A DNA stretch of 64,000 nucleotides from the IMG/VR virus record IMGVR_UViG_3300023109_000017, one strand, 5' to 3'. The stretch comes from an uncultured virus (IMG/VR IMGVR_UViG_3300023109_000017) (Duplodnaviria; Heunggongvirae; Uroviricota; Caudoviricetes). Within the stretch, counting starts at the first letter, position 1. Each line of letters starts with the position of its first letter. A model generated the notes under the pieces. It made no database searches. It saw only the letters and a list, made by a program, of their open reading frames with translations, and was not told the origin of the DNA. This document shows positions 24,466 through 35,452 of the stretch, piece after piece. A program made the translations under genes and the position numbers.

Positions 24466-26475
24466 ATGGCAACAACTATAAAATCAACAGCTTTAGATTT
24501 TAATAACATAAAAAATAATTTAAAATCTTATTTAGCTAATAAAGATGAATTCAAAGATTATAACTTTGAGGGTGCTGCTCTTTCTAATATTCTTGATGTG
24601 TTAGCATACAACACTCACATAAATGGTCTTATTGCTAATTTTGCTTTAAATGAATCTTATCTTAGTACTGCTCAGTTAAGAAGCTCTGCCGTATCTTTAT
24701 CAGAAGGCTTGGGTTACGTTCCAGACACTAAAACATCTTCTCAGGCAAAGATTAGAATATATTTTACTAACACAGAGACATCAAGAACTAAAAAGGTTAC
24801 TCTTCCTGCTTATACTAAATTCACAAGTGAAGTAGATGATGTGACATACACATTCTCTACTATTGAATCAATAGAGGCAGAAGATGATGGAACTGGGTTT
24901 TATGAATTTAAAACAGCTTCTGGCTTAAATCAAATTACAGTGTATGAAGGGGACGTAAAAACTAAGACTTTCCTTGTAGGAGAAGTTATTGATAACCCTG
25001 TTTATATTATTCCTGATTCTAATCTAGATGCTGATACAGCCTTAGTGAAAGTATATACTGATACTACAGGTAATGATTTTGCCACATATTCTAATATAGT
25101 AAATGCAAGAAGTATTAGTTCAAGAACTACAATTTACATTTTAAGAGAATCACCTAACGGTAACTTTGAATTATCATTTGGTGATGGAGAAACATTTGGC
25201 ATTGCACCTTCCGCTGGAAATAGGATTGAGATTCAATATATCTCTACTAATGGTGAAGTGGCTAATGGAGCTACATCATTTGCTCCGGTATCTCAACTTA
25301 CAGCAGGTAATATTACAGTATCATTAAACACTACTACATTTAATAATTCTACCGGCGGTGACGATAAAGAGACCATTGCTTCGATTAAAAAGAATGCACC
25401 TTTTCAGTACGCTGCGCAAAACAGAATGGTTACATCTGCAGATTACACCGCTTTAATTTTAAAGCAGTATTCTACTCTGATTAAAGATATCACTACCTTT
25501 GGAGGTCAAGATGCTCTAGAGCCTGAGTTTGGAGCAGTATTTACTTCTATATTGTTCGAAGATGATGTAGATGAAGCAACTAAAGCTTCCACCAAGATTG
25601 ATATTGAAAGTTTAGCTGAGCAGGTAGCTATATCAGGATTTAATATTAGATTTGCAGATCCAGTTACAACATTTGTAGAGCTAGATACATTCTTTCAATT
25701 TAATTCCACTCTTACAGATCAAACATTAAATGCTATTACATCTAACGTTACTAATACAGTTAGTACATATTTTGCAAATACTGTAGGAGGTTTTAGTCAA
25801 TCATTTAGAAGATCCAACCTTCTAACCCTGGTTGATGATGTCAGCTCTGCTGTTCTTTCTAGTAGAGCAAATATAAGAATGCAACAGCGTTTTATTCCTT
25901 CAGCTCCCAATCTTATAGTTGTTATAAACAGTTTAACTAGCAATAGGATTGCTAATGATTCAGTAACACTTAATTATGTAGTTAAACTTGTAACGTCTAA
26001 TCAGCATGATAAAGCCGCTACATTTTTAATTAACAACAAATATGCTACTTCTTCTAACTTTAATACAGTAAGAACAGAACTACTTGGTGCTTCTATTTCT
26101 ACTTCTCAAACTATGAAGTTTCCTGTATCTATAGCCACTACAGATGATGATGAATATATAATAACAAGTAGTAGTTTTGTGTTTAATAATAAAACTTGTA
26201 AGATTCAAAACAAGCTTTCTAGTAATGACTTACAAATAGTATTAGTATCTGGAGCAGAAGTGATTGTAGATAATATTGGTTCCTTTAACTCTGTACTTGG
26301 TACGGTATCTGTTAATTATTTTAACCCTCAATCTATTATTGGTGGTTTTACATATGTTAAACTTGCTGCAGTGCCTGCTAATCAAAGCGCTATTACACCT
26401 ACAAGAAACGACCTTCTAGTTTATGATGCTGATGCGTCTACGACTAAGGCAGTATCAACGAATGCTCTTAACTAA
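24466..26475 (+). CDS. gp6: Baseplate wedge subunit gp6
   Basis: LDF..IK.NLK.YL....EF.DYNFEG, LAYNTH, FGDG..G, AQNRMVT..DY. Confidence 0.95.
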   Translation: MATTIKSTALDFNNIKNNLKSYLANKDEFKDYNFEGAALSNILDVLAYNTHINGLIANFALNESYLSTAQLRSSAVSLSEGLGYVPDTKTSSQAKIRIYFTNTETSRTKKVTLPAYTKFTSEVDDVTYTFSTIESIEAEDDGTGFYEFKTASGLNQITVYEGDVKTKTFLVGEVIDNPVYIIPDSNLDADTALVKVYTDTTGNDFATYSNIVNARSISSRTTIYILRESPNGNFELSFGDGETFGIAPSAGNRIEIQYISTNGEVANGATSFAPVSQLTAGNITVSLNTTTFNNSTGGDDKETIASIKKNAPFQYAAQNRMVTSADYTALILKQYSTLIKDITTFGGQDALEPEFGAVFTSILFEDDVDEATKASTKIDIESLAEQVAISGFNIRFADPVTTFVELDTFFQFNSTLTDQTLNAITSNVTNTVSTYFANTVGGFSQSFRRSNLLTLVDDVSSAVLSSRANIRMQQRFIPSAPNLIVVINSLTSNRIANDSVTLNYVVKLVTSNQHDKAATFLINNKYATSSNFNTVRTELLGASISTSQTMKFPVSIATTDDDEYIITSSSFVFNNKTCKIQNKLSSNDLQIVLVSGAEVIVDNIGSFNSVLGTVSVNYFNPQSIIGGFTYVKLAAVPANQSAITPTRNDLLVYDADASTTKAVSTNALN

Positions 26476-27509
26476 TGACACATAAAAGAGATTTAACCTT
26501 ATTAGATAATAACCGTAAAGTATTACCTTTCCATAGAGCGGAAATCGAAAAGGTATTACCTGATCATATAGTTCAAGCTAATCCTAATCTTATAGAATTA
26601 TTTGAATCATATTATGAGTGGATGGAAAAAGATTCCAATCCTAACGGCATATTAAATAGAATATATTCTACAAGAGATGCTACTTCAATACCTAAAGCTC
26701 AACTACCTTTTTTAGAAGACGAGTTGCTGTTAGGAGAAGCTTATTTTGGAGGATTTATTAATAAAAGAGAAGCAGTTAAGTTTTCTAACTTTCTTTATAG
26801 ATCTAAAGGTACTAAGTATAGTATTGAACAATTCTTTAGAGGTTTTTTCGGAGTAGATCCAGCAGTAATTTACCCTAAAAATAATGTGTTTAGAGTTGGA
26901 CCAGCTATTGATTTTGAAAAAGATAGTATTAACACTAAGGGTCAGCAAATAAAAGATCCTGCTTCTCAGCTTGGTCCGGAATCGCTAAAATATATTACTA
27001 ATGATAAGTTATATCAAACTCTTTCTATATTGATTAGAAGTACAGTACCAGTTGGTAAATGGCTAGATACATATAAGCTATTTGTACACCCTGCTGGATT
27101 TTTTATAGGTTCAGAACTTGTAATAGAAGCTTTTAATGTTAATCCAATACCTGTTTTACAAGATGATGTAGGAGAGAAACCAGAAGAGTTTATCTCTATT
27201 CAAGTTGTTGCTGCATTTGATATTAGAGCAGATAAAGATATTACCTTGCTTAATCCAGGTGACGCAGTGTTTACAGTTCAGCGTCAAGATGTGGATACAT
27301 TTATGCGTATTGCATCTGATGTACCAATTGGTAGTATAGATAATTATACTATGGCAGAGTTGCTATCACCTAACTCCCTTACTATGGATGACTCAGATGT
27401 TATTCAAGTGGTTACGTTTGATGAAGATTCAAGTTCAGCACTACCTAAAACATATACCTCTACATTTGATAAAGGTATATACGATACTCAATATGATTCA
27501 GCTAATTAG
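26475..27509 (+). CDS. Baseplate wedge protein (short gp7-like)
   Basis: F.SYYEW, YRSKGT..SI..FFR.FFG and FVHPAGF motifs; follows gp6. Confidence 0.75.
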   Translation: MTHKRDLTLLDNNRKVLPFHRAEIEKVLPDHIVQANPNLIELFESYYEWMEKDSNPNGILNRIYSTRDATSIPKAQLPFLEDELLLGEAYFGGFINKREAVKFSNFLYRSKGTKYSIEQFFRGFFGVDPAVIYPKNNVFRVGPAIDFEKDSINTKGQQIKDPASQLGPESLKYITNDKLYQTLSILIRSTVPVGKWLDTYKLFVHPAGFFIGSELVIEAFNVNPIPVLQDDVGEKPEEFISIQVVAAFDIRADKDITLLNPGDAVFTVQRQDVDTFMRIASDVPIGSIDNYTMAELLSPNSLTMDDSDVIQVVTFDEDSSSALPKTYTSTFDKGIYDTQYDSAN

Positions 27510-27521
27510 GTTAATAACCTA

Positions 27522-27529
27522 TATAAATA
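27522..27529 (+). promoter_or_regulatory. T4-type late promoter
   Basis: Intergenic TATAAATA. Confidence 0.8.
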
Positions 27530-27553
27530 ATGTTAATCAATTAAGGCATAGAC

Positions 27554-28513
27554 ATGGTTCAAGAAGTAGTTAATGTTGGCTCAGCCGCTAATGATGGGAC
27601 AGGAGATACCCTGCGTGGAGCTGGCAATAAAATAAACAATAACTTTACCGAGTTGTATAACCAGTTCGGAGGTGCAACTTTAGGTAATGTCACTAGACTT
27701 ACTGATAGTGGCATTTCTATCGTTGGTAGTAGTTTTCTTACTCAGGTAGGAGCAGCTGACCCTGCAGCTACAATTAATATAGATTTTCCAGATTCAGCTG
27801 GTAATGTAGTAGTTGATACTGCTACACAAACATTAACTAATAAAACATTAAGTGCAGATGATAATAGTATCTCGGGCATTGCTACATCTAGCTTTGTTCT
27901 TTCTAATGCTTCTGGTGTTATTGACGGCTCTGCAAGTCGTAAAACTATTCCTGCCGGAGTAGTTGTAGGTACAACAGATACTCAGAATCTTAGTAATAAA
28001 ACTTTAAATCTTCCTACTCTTAAAAGACCTAATATACAAGAATGGTTAGCTGATTCTAACGGGCATCCAGTATTATCATTTACTAATACAGCAAATATTA
28101 GAAATAGAATAAGAGTAGAAAGTAAAGCTTCTCCTAGCTCTCCAACTATTTCTACAGTTGGTTCCTCTGACACGAACATTAATCTCGATATAAACCCTAA
28201 AGGTTCTGGATCTGTAAGAGTTAGCAAGCTTGCATATGTAAGCGGCACTATTGGTTCTACAAGCACTGTATCAGAAAATGTAAGCTATATTCAAAGTACC
28301 GCAACAGCTAATATTGTTGCTACTGTAGACAATGGAACTACGACAGGTGAAGTAAAAGTGTTTACTCATGATGGAGCTAATACTACAACTGTTACTCCAA
28401 CTAATTTTTCTCAAGGAACTAGTATTGCACTATCACCAAATGATACAGTTATGATTATTTGGAACGGCTCTCAGTGGAGCGTTATTGGTGGTGAAGGCTA
28501 TACAATTTCTTAA
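27554..28513 (+). CDS. Baseplate gp9/gp10-family tail fibre connector
   Basis: NVGSAANDGTGDTLR.AG.KIN.NF.ELY N-terminal signature; TQTLTNKTL repeats. Confidence 0.85.
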   Translation: MVQEVVNVGSAANDGTGDTLRGAGNKINNNFTELYNQFGGATLGNVTRLTDSGISIVGSSFLTQVGAADPAATINIDFPDSAGNVVVDTATQTLTNKTLSADDNSISGIATSSFVLSNASGVIDGSASRKTIPAGVVVGTTDTQNLSNKTLNLPTLKRPNIQEWLADSNGHPVLSFTNTANIRNRIRVESKASPSSPTISTVGSSDTNINLDINPKGSGSVRVSKLAYVSGTIGSTSTVSENVSYIQSTATANIVATVDNGTTTGEVKVFTHDGANTTTVTPTNFSQGTSIALSPNDTVMIIWNGSQWSVIGGEGYTIS

Positions 28514-28525
28514 TAGGACATAACA

Positions 28526-30028
28526 ATGGCAGCGATAATTACAGATAAAATTAAACTACAATTAGCTCAGACTATCTTTGATGAGTTTAATACAGCTAAT
28601 CTTGGCGATTCTAATAACTACTATTATATTGGAGTGGGCAGATCGCAACAATGGCAAGCAGAGGCTGAAACTGATGTAGTACCTAATACTACAGCTGCTG
28701 ATAATCATGAAAGAGAAGAAAGACTTTTTAGATACAATCTTCAGTCAGTAAAAGCAGCAGAGAATCTTTCGTTTGTTGTTCCAGGGGGACCTGACTATGA
28801 TTGGTCTGCTAATAAAGAATATTATGAGTATAGCGATGCCATCGCTGGTCAACCACAAGCAACTTTTTATGTAAGAACGGATGAAAATAAAGTTTATATT
28901 TGTATTCGTAAGGGTAAAAACGGTGATGGGACAGCTAAGACATCCACAGTAAAACCAGATCATACTAATACAGCTCTTGTTCCGGAAACAGATGGGTATG
29001 TATGGAAGTACTTGTATACGATTACTACCACTGCTGCTAATAACTTTTTAACAACTAACTTTATGCCAGTTGAGTTTGTTGATTCAGCTGCGCCAACCGA
29101 TCCTAGATTTTCTCAGCTTTCTGTGCAAAACGCTGCAGTTCCAGGACAAATTATTGGATATAGAGTAATTAATCCTGGAGGTCCTTATTCTGGAACAGTC
29201 CATAGCTCAGGTATTAAAGTAGGTCCAGCACTCACAATTATCGGAGATGGGACGAATGCTAAAGCATACCCAATTCTTAATCCTATTAATAATTCTATTG
29301 CAGCAGTTGAAGTAGGGGATAGTCCAGATGCTGCTGCTATTTCCTTTGTATCAGATCAAGGCGCAAATTATAAGTATGCGAATGTAAGTGTAAGCTCTGC
29401 TACTTTGCAAGCAGGGGGAAGCAATGCTGTTATCGCTCCTGTTTTTGGTCCTAGAAATGGAATAGGGGCAGATGCTCGTAGAGATTTGAGATCAACGTCA
29501 TTAATGTTTAATATTAAACCTGTAGGAGGAGTAAATGTAAATAACGAACCTACATGGCCAGTCGATCAAGATTATAGACAAATAGGACTAATTAAAAATA
29601 TTAGAACGGATAGCGCTAATGGTGAGTTTTTTACAGCAGAAGCAGGTACAGCTCTTAGTAGAATGAAAGCTAACCTTACCTTCGGTGACGGTGATTACTT
29701 ACAAGCATCTGGTGAATATCAATTAGAGTTTGATGATGATCCTATCATTTATGGCACAGATAGTAATGCTGCTGGCTATATGGTATGGAATGATGATAGT
29801 GCTACTATTTGGTACCATCAAACAGAAGAGACTGGATTTACTCAGTTTGTAGATGGAGAAGCAATCACTATCCCAGGTAAATTTGCTGGTAGTATGACTA
29901 TTGATTCAGCTAACATTGCTCCAGATGTAGATAGATATTCCGGAGAGCTTCTATTTGTAAGTAATCAATCAGCTACTGCCCGTGACCCACAGCAGACAGA
30001 AGATATTAAAGTTGTAGTAAGACTATAA
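28526..30028 (+). CDS. gp8: Baseplate wedge subunit gp8
   Basis: YYIGVGR...W, YV.T....VY.C, DGYVWKYLYTI, DYRQIGLIKN, Q.EDIKVV. Confidence 0.85.
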   Translation: MAAIITDKIKLQLAQTIFDEFNTANLGDSNNYYYIGVGRSQQWQAEAETDVVPNTTAADNHEREERLFRYNLQSVKAAENLSFVVPGGPDYDWSANKEYYEYSDAIAGQPQATFYVRTDENKVYICIRKGKNGDGTAKTSTVKPDHTNTALVPETDGYVWKYLYTITTTAANNFLTTNFMPVEFVDSAAPTDPRFSQLSVQNAAVPGQIIGYRVINPGGPYSGTVHSSGIKVGPALTIIGDGTNAKAYPILNPINNSIAAVEVGDSPDAAAISFVSDQGANYKYANVSVSSATLQAGGSNAVIAPVFGPRNGIGADARRDLRSTSLMFNIKPVGGVNVNNEPTWPVDQDYRQIGLIKNIRTDSANGEFFTAEAGTALSRMKANLTFGDGDYLQASGEYQLEFDDDPIIYGTDSNAAGYMVWNDDSATIWYHQTEETGFTQFVDGEAITIPGKFAGSMTIDSANIAPDVDRYSGELLFVSNQSATARDPQQTEDIKVVVRL

Positions 30029-30037
30029 GGATAAATC

Positions 30038-32971
30038 ATGGCATCTACAGTAAACGAAAATACATTTCTTAGTGTCTACAACGATGATTACAGAGATAGT
30101 GATCACTACCATAGAGTTCTTTTTAACAATGGTAGAGCGTTACAAGCTAGAGAACTAACTCAATCACAAACTATTATTCAAAAAGAAATTGAACGTATTG
30201 CAAAATTTATGTTTAAACCAGGCGGACTGTTTAATACGTCCTACGGTACATCAAATAGCGCAAACGACCCTATTAGTTTTGTAAGAGTAGAAACTCTACC
30301 TGTAGGGTATGACGTTTTTGTAGGTCAGACATTTGCTAACCAGCTTGGAGTTAAAGCTGTAGTAAAAGCCGTTATTCCTTCTACCTCAGTAAATAACTCT
30401 GTAGGTACAGATGCTTATAACACTTTACTAGTAAAATATATTGATGCTAACTCTACTAGCTCTGCAGATACTACAGTCTCTGTTAAATTTAATCCAGCTG
30501 ATACTCTAACAGCTACTATTAGCTCTTCTTCCTATGAGTTGAATGTATCAACAGATGAGCAAGTGCAAGACGCGACAGGTAACGCTTCGTTCTTAGAAGT
30601 GCCAGAGTTTAATACCTTTGCTGCTGGGCATTTACTGTTTGTAGAGAAGCAGTCTTTAGTATTAGATAAGTTTAATTCTAACTTTAATGGTACAGTTGGA
30701 TTTGAAGTAACGCAAGAGATCTTTAACACTTCTGACAATGTTGCTTTATATGATAATTCAGGTGCTACTCCCAACCTTACTTCTCCAGGTGCTGATAGAT
30801 TAAGAATCACTCTTACTTTAAAGAAAGAAGCAGATAAAACTGCAGGTAAGACATTCTACCCTTTAATGAAATTAAATCAAGGGTATGTTGTAAATGTTAA
30901 TACTCCTGATAATGTACTTGCAGCTGTTGGAGGTATAATCTATAATAGAGCTTATGATACTACAGGTAACTTTATTGTTGATGAGAGATTAGGAAAGCTA
31001 GACCTTACAGTTTCTACAGACCCAGATAGCTCTGATTATTTATTATATCAAGTCTCTGATGGTACAGCATTTGTAAACGGTAAGCGTTATCAAAAACAAA
31101 ATATAGCTCCAATTAAAGTGGCAAAACCAAGAGATCTGGTAAATGATATTACAACTAAAAGTAATGAATTTATTTCAGCAAGATATGGCAATTACTTCTT
31201 AACTGATGGTTCTAACACAAAAGGCTTACTTAACTCTATTAACAACTTTGATTCAGTAGGTATCTATAGCGGTACAGCTACTTCAGGTAATGCTATTGGT
31301 AGAGCAAGAATTAGAAACATTGATGAATTTGACAACGACTTTAGATTACATGTATTTGATGTTGAGATGTATGGTAATAACTCAATAAATAACGCTCGAA
31401 GTGTAGGAACAAGTTCTTCTAGCTATGGTGATCTAGTACCAATTAATTCTAATTATAACTTAATTGATAAGCTTGAAAATAATCTTCTATTCCCTATGCC
31501 TGGGAGAGTTAACACGGTAACAGATGGTACAGTTACCTTTAATGTTGGTAAGGTCTACACAGCAACTGCATCTAGTAGCTCTGCTACTTTCTCTACTGGT
31601 GGTAATACTTTTGCAGATCAAGAGCAATGGATTGTAGAAGAGGTTGCTAATAGCAATAATCTTATCTCACCTCCAACGGTGTCAGGTACTCCAACAAGCT
31701 CTGCTACTATTACAGGGTTAACTGATGGTACGGTAAGATTATTCGGCTATGAAAGAAAAACTGGAGTAAGAAAAACTAAGACATTAGTTACAGGTCGTAC
31801 TCAAACTCGTACCTTATCTAATAGAGAGTTTAAGCTATCTCATCATGACATTTACAAATTTACAAGTGTTGTAGATAGTACCACAGGAGAAGATATTACT
31901 CATAGGTTTATCTTTGATAATGGTCAAAGAGATAATTTCTATGATGTAGGTTCTGGTAAATTACGGGGTGGAGCAGCTGCTCCTGCAGGCAATATCGTTG
32001 TAACTTTTGATAGCTTTAATCACAGTGCAGGGGATTATTTTGCAGGTGGTGCGTCATATCCGGATCTGGAATATGATAAAATTCCATACTATAATCTAGA
32101 AACTGGCGGTACAGTTAGGTTATCAGACGTTATAGATTTTAGATCTGTTAAAGATAATGCCGGTGACGATTTTGCTGGTACTGGAGCAGTAATTCAGTAT
32201 ATTCCTAGAAACACAGATACTATTGATGTAGGTGAGTTAAAATTATGGGAACCTAGAATTGACGTAGTATCTATCAATGACAACGGTAACCTAGAAGTAC
32301 ACACAGGAGTAACAAGTTTATCTCCAAGTGAACCAGAAGGAATACCTACTTCATCTATGGAATTACATAGAATATCATTAGCTCCATATCATTTAAACGA
32401 GCGCGACTTCATGCAATCTAAGTATGACAACCGCGGTTATAAAATGTCTGATATTCGCAAAGTAGAAAGAAGAGTAGAAAATCTAGAAGAGCTTACTGCA
32501 CTTTCTCTATCAGAGATTGAATTAGAGCGTACAGTTATTCCTGATAGAGTAAAGCAAGGTATGACTGGAGATACCTTTACCAATAATGTACAATCTAAGA
32601 CAAGAGATAAAGATTATAAAGCTACTATTCGTAAGAGATCTGGCGTTTTAGCTCCAATGAGATATTGGAGAGATATAGGCTTAAAATATGATTCAGATGC
32701 ATCTAGCGGTGTAAGATTATACGGTAGCACTGTTTGGCCTAATTTTACAGAAACTGTGATGGTAAATCAAAATAAAGCTACTAACTACCAGAGTGTAAAT
32801 AGATTTGAACTTACTAAGTTTATTGGTTCAGGTATTGTTGAACCTGCAGTAGATACATATGAAATGAGAAGAGAAGTAGACGTTAATCATATTGGCGAGC
32901 ATAACGAATCACTTACTACACAAGGGGATACGGTAGTTCTATCTCAAGGTAATCAGAACGAGGAAGCATAA
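30038..32971 (+). CDS. VrlC-like (DUF4815) virion structural protein, N-terminal part
   Basis: Y.DD.....YHRVLF..GRALQARELTQ.Q, PGADRL, DNGQRDNFY, L.DVIDFR, Y.M.DI...E.R..NLE. Confidence 0.85.
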   Translation: MASTVNENTFLSVYNDDYRDSDHYHRVLFNNGRALQARELTQSQTIIQKEIERIAKFMFKPGGLFNTSYGTSNSANDPISFVRVETLPVGYDVFVGQTFANQLGVKAVVKAVIPSTSVNNSVGTDAYNTLLVKYIDANSTSSADTTVSVKFNPADTLTATISSSSYELNVSTDEQVQDATGNASFLEVPEFNTFAAGHLLFVEKQSLVLDKFNSNFNGTVGFEVTQEIFNTSDNVALYDNSGATPNLTSPGADRLRITLTLKKEADKTAGKTFYPLMKLNQGYVVNVNTPDNVLAAVGGIIYNRAYDTTGNFIVDERLGKLDLTVSTDPDSSDYLLYQVSDGTAFVNGKRYQKQNIAPIKVAKPRDLVNDITTKSNEFISARYGNYFLTDGSNTKGLLNSINNFDSVGIYSGTATSGNAIGRARIRNIDEFDNDFRLHVFDVEMYGNNSINNARSVGTSSSSYGDLVPINSNYNLIDKLENNLLFPMPGRVNTVTDGTVTFNVGKVYTATASSSSATFSTGGNTFADQEQWIVEEVANSNNLISPPTVSGTPTSSATITGLTDGTVRLFGYERKTGVRKTKTLVTGRTQTRTLSNREFKLSHHDIYKFTSVVDSTTGEDITHRFIFDNGQRDNFYDVGSGKLRGGAAAPAGNIVVTFDSFNHSAGDYFAGGASYPDLEYDKIPYYNLETGGTVRLSDVIDFRSVKDNAGDDFAGTGAVIQYIPRNTDTIDVGELKLWEPRIDVVSINDNGNLEVHTGVTSLSPSEPEGIPTSSMELHRISLAPYHLNERDFMQSKYDNRGYKMSDIRKVERRVENLEELTALSLSEIELERTVIPDRVKQGMTGDTFTNNVQSKTRDKDYKATIRKRSGVLAPMRYWRDIGLKYDSDASSGVRLYGSTVWPNFTETVMVNQNKATNYQSVNRFELTKFIGSGIVEPAVDTYEMRREVDVNHIGEHNESLTTQGDTVVLSQGNQNEEA

Positions 32972-33738
32972 TGCCCTGGGTAACAAAAACTAAGATTGAA
33001 CAAGAATCAAGAATTAGAGAAATAGACAATGGATTTGATTTTAATCCTGCTTTTAGGTCTCGATTTATATATTTTAAGTTTTCAGGTTTAAGACCTAATG
33101 ACAGTCATTGGCTATTCTTACAAGGTAGGGATGTAACATCCTTTGCTAATACTAGCTTTAGTATTAATGATTTTAATGCATCTGCTAGAAGTTCAGTGTT
33201 TAGAAATCCAGGGGATAAGTATTTGTTAGAGAATCAGTTTCCTTCAGATCTAGGAGGACCCACTGGATCTCCACTTACCACTACTGCAGCTGGTGAGTTA
33301 GAGGGAGTATTGTTTATTCAAAGTAATTCAACCTATAGCTGGCGTGTAGGTTCAGGCACTACTAATTATAGCTATAATGGAGGAGATAATAGTATTCCTC
33401 TTTTAGCTATCAACATATCTACCACTAATAAGAGTAATGCTTTATCTCATGCCACAGCAGAATATTCTTCGATTGGTCAGTTTATTAATTATGCAATGGA
33501 AGAGTATACCGTAGATGTAGAAGTTGAATATGAAGCGTGGAAAGATGATCCGCCCCCAGCACCAGGTCCAGTAGTTACTCCAGGTAATGATAGGGATACG
33601 GGTCCAAGTATAAGGACGGATTGGGATCATTTCTTTGGAGGCAACAGTGGCGGAATCACTAATCCTCATGAAAAAACCTCTCCGGCTCCAAAACAATATA
33701 GCATGAAATCAAACGGTGACGGCACTTACAGCTGGTAG
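32971..33738 (+). CDS. VrlC-like protein, middle part
   Basis: RSR.I.F...GLRPN motif; Pro-rich tail; TAATG coupling. Confidence 0.65.
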   Translation: MPWVTKTKIEQESRIREIDNGFDFNPAFRSRFIYFKFSGLRPNDSHWLFLQGRDVTSFANTSFSINDFNASARSSVFRNPGDKYLLENQFPSDLGGPTGSPLTTTAAGELEGVLFIQSNSTYSWRVGSGTTNYSYNGGDNSIPLLAINISTTNKSNALSHATAEYSSIGQFINYAMEEYTVDVEVEYEAWKDDPPPAPGPVVTPGNDRDTGPSIRTDWDHFFGGNSGGITNPHEKTSPAPKQYSMKSNGDGTYSW

Positions 33739-33795
33739 CGCTGCTAATAATGACCATAACTATTTGTGGTAAATTACTATAAGAAAGAAATTTAA

Positions 33796-35451
33796 ATGTC
33801 AGGTAAATTACAATTAAGTGAGCAGCTCAACCCATCAGCACAGACGTTTGTGGTTGATGAGCCTGTTGGGTCAGTTCTTACTGGAGTAGGTCTTTTCTTT
33901 GCTCAGGCTCCTACAGGTGCTTCAGCGCAGCCAGTTTCTATTGAGTTGAGGCCTTGTGCTGAATCTGGTGCACCAAGCGCTAAGAAGTTTATTCAAGGTA
34001 CAAAGGTAACAGTTCCTGCTTCTACTGTTGCAGCTGCTGCTAATACTAACTTTGCTTCCGCTACTGAAGTTAAATTTAGCTTTAGAGAGCCAGTGTATAT
34101 TAAAGGTAACACTCTTCTTGCACTGGTTATCAGCACCGGTGCTTCTGCAGATCAGTATCAAATTTGGGTAGGTAAAAATGGGCAGCACCTCACCAACTCT
34201 ACTACAGAATTCTTTTCTTCAACCATTGATAAAGGTGCTTTTTATGAGTCATCAAACGGCACTTCCTGGCAACCTGATAATGAAAAAGATTTAGCATATA
34301 AGATCTACAGAGCAGAGTTTAACCAGCAGAATAGTTTTGCGGTATTTAATGCTGATGCTCCTCCTGCTAAGAGACTTACAGAGCAAACGTTAATTAATGA
34401 CGATACAAGATATCCAGCAGATCCGTTTATTTTCACCGCTGGAAGTAAATTAGTGGATGTAGTGCATCCTGCTCATGGTTTTCAAGTTGGAGATAAAGTA
34501 GTACTGTCTAAAGGATCAAATGGGTTCGACAGTTCAGATACTATTAACGGTATCGCTGGATCTAGACTATATGGCACTAAAACTATTACCGCAGTTGATC
34601 CTTATGGGTATACATTTAACTGCGGAGGCACAGCTAACGCTACTGCTTCTATAAGAGCAGGGGGAGCTGGAGTGTTAGCAACAGAGCAATATGTAGTAGA
34701 TCAATTCCAAACTATTTTGCCAGCAGTAACTCCTCCTAAAACCACAACTCATGCAGTGGGTGATTTTCTAGCTTCTAAGTCATTTGGAGGAAACGAAACA
34801 GCTTATTCAAATATTGCTAATGTTCGAATAAAGAAGAATAAAGTACAAAGCTTTAAAGATCCGGCTGTAATTGCTTCCACAAGATCTGAAACAGATCATA
34901 ATTCTGGTAATCCCTCAACTAAAATTACGGTTGGATTTAATACCAGAAGTAAGTATACATCTCCATATATTAATGAGCATGCAGCTTCTATTCGAACTGC
35001 AAGTAACTTTATTGATTATCAAGCTTCTACAGCTACTCCTAATAGAAACCTTATCTCTACTATACCATTTACTTTAGAGACAGAAGCAGATGGCGGTACA
35101 ACCGCCGCGAAACATCTTTCTATTGTATATAATTTAGAATTGTCAGCTAATTCTATAAGAGTATTAGTAGATGCTATTAGACCTCAGTTTACTGATTTTT
35201 CTGTATGGTATAGAACAGCACTTGACACTAATGTCGAGAAAAATGATTGGGTAGAGTTTAGTAAGACAGTTAATCCCCCAGACGTATCTAACTATTCAGA
35301 GCTACCTAGAGATAATATGCCGAGAACCTATGAGTTTAACAAATATGACTTAGCATCATTTAATAAATATCAAATTAAAGTTACTATGAATAGCTACAAA
35401 TCAACTCAGGTTCCGCTATTTAAAAATCTTAGAACTATTGCAACTGTATAA
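33796..35451 (+). CDS. VrlC-like protein, C-terminal part
   Basis: P.AQTF.V......LTGV.LFF, T...F..PVY, S.NG.SW......DL...IYRA.F, P..KNLR.IA. Confidence 0.8.
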   Translation: MSGKLQLSEQLNPSAQTFVVDEPVGSVLTGVGLFFAQAPTGASAQPVSIELRPCAESGAPSAKKFIQGTKVTVPASTVAAAANTNFASATEVKFSFREPVYIKGNTLLALVISTGASADQYQIWVGKNGQHLTNSTTEFFSSTIDKGAFYESSNGTSWQPDNEKDLAYKIYRAEFNQQNSFAVFNADAPPAKRLTEQTLINDDTRYPADPFIFTAGSKLVDVVHPAHGFQVGDKVVLSKGSNGFDSSDTINGIAGSRLYGTKTITAVDPYGYTFNCGGTANATASIRAGGAGVLATEQYVVDQFQTILPAVTPPKTTTHAVGDFLASKSFGGNETAYSNIANVRIKKNKVQSFKDPAVIASTRSETDHNSGNPSTKITVGFNTRSKYTSPYINEHAASIRTASNFIDYQASTATPNRNLISTIPFTLETEADGGTTAAKHLSIVYNLELSANSIRVLVDAIRPQFTDFSVWYRTALDTNVEKNDWVEFSKTVNPPDVSNYSELPRDNMPRTYEFNKYDLASFNKYQIKVTMNSYKSTQVPLFKNLRTIATV

Positions 35452-35452
35452 T

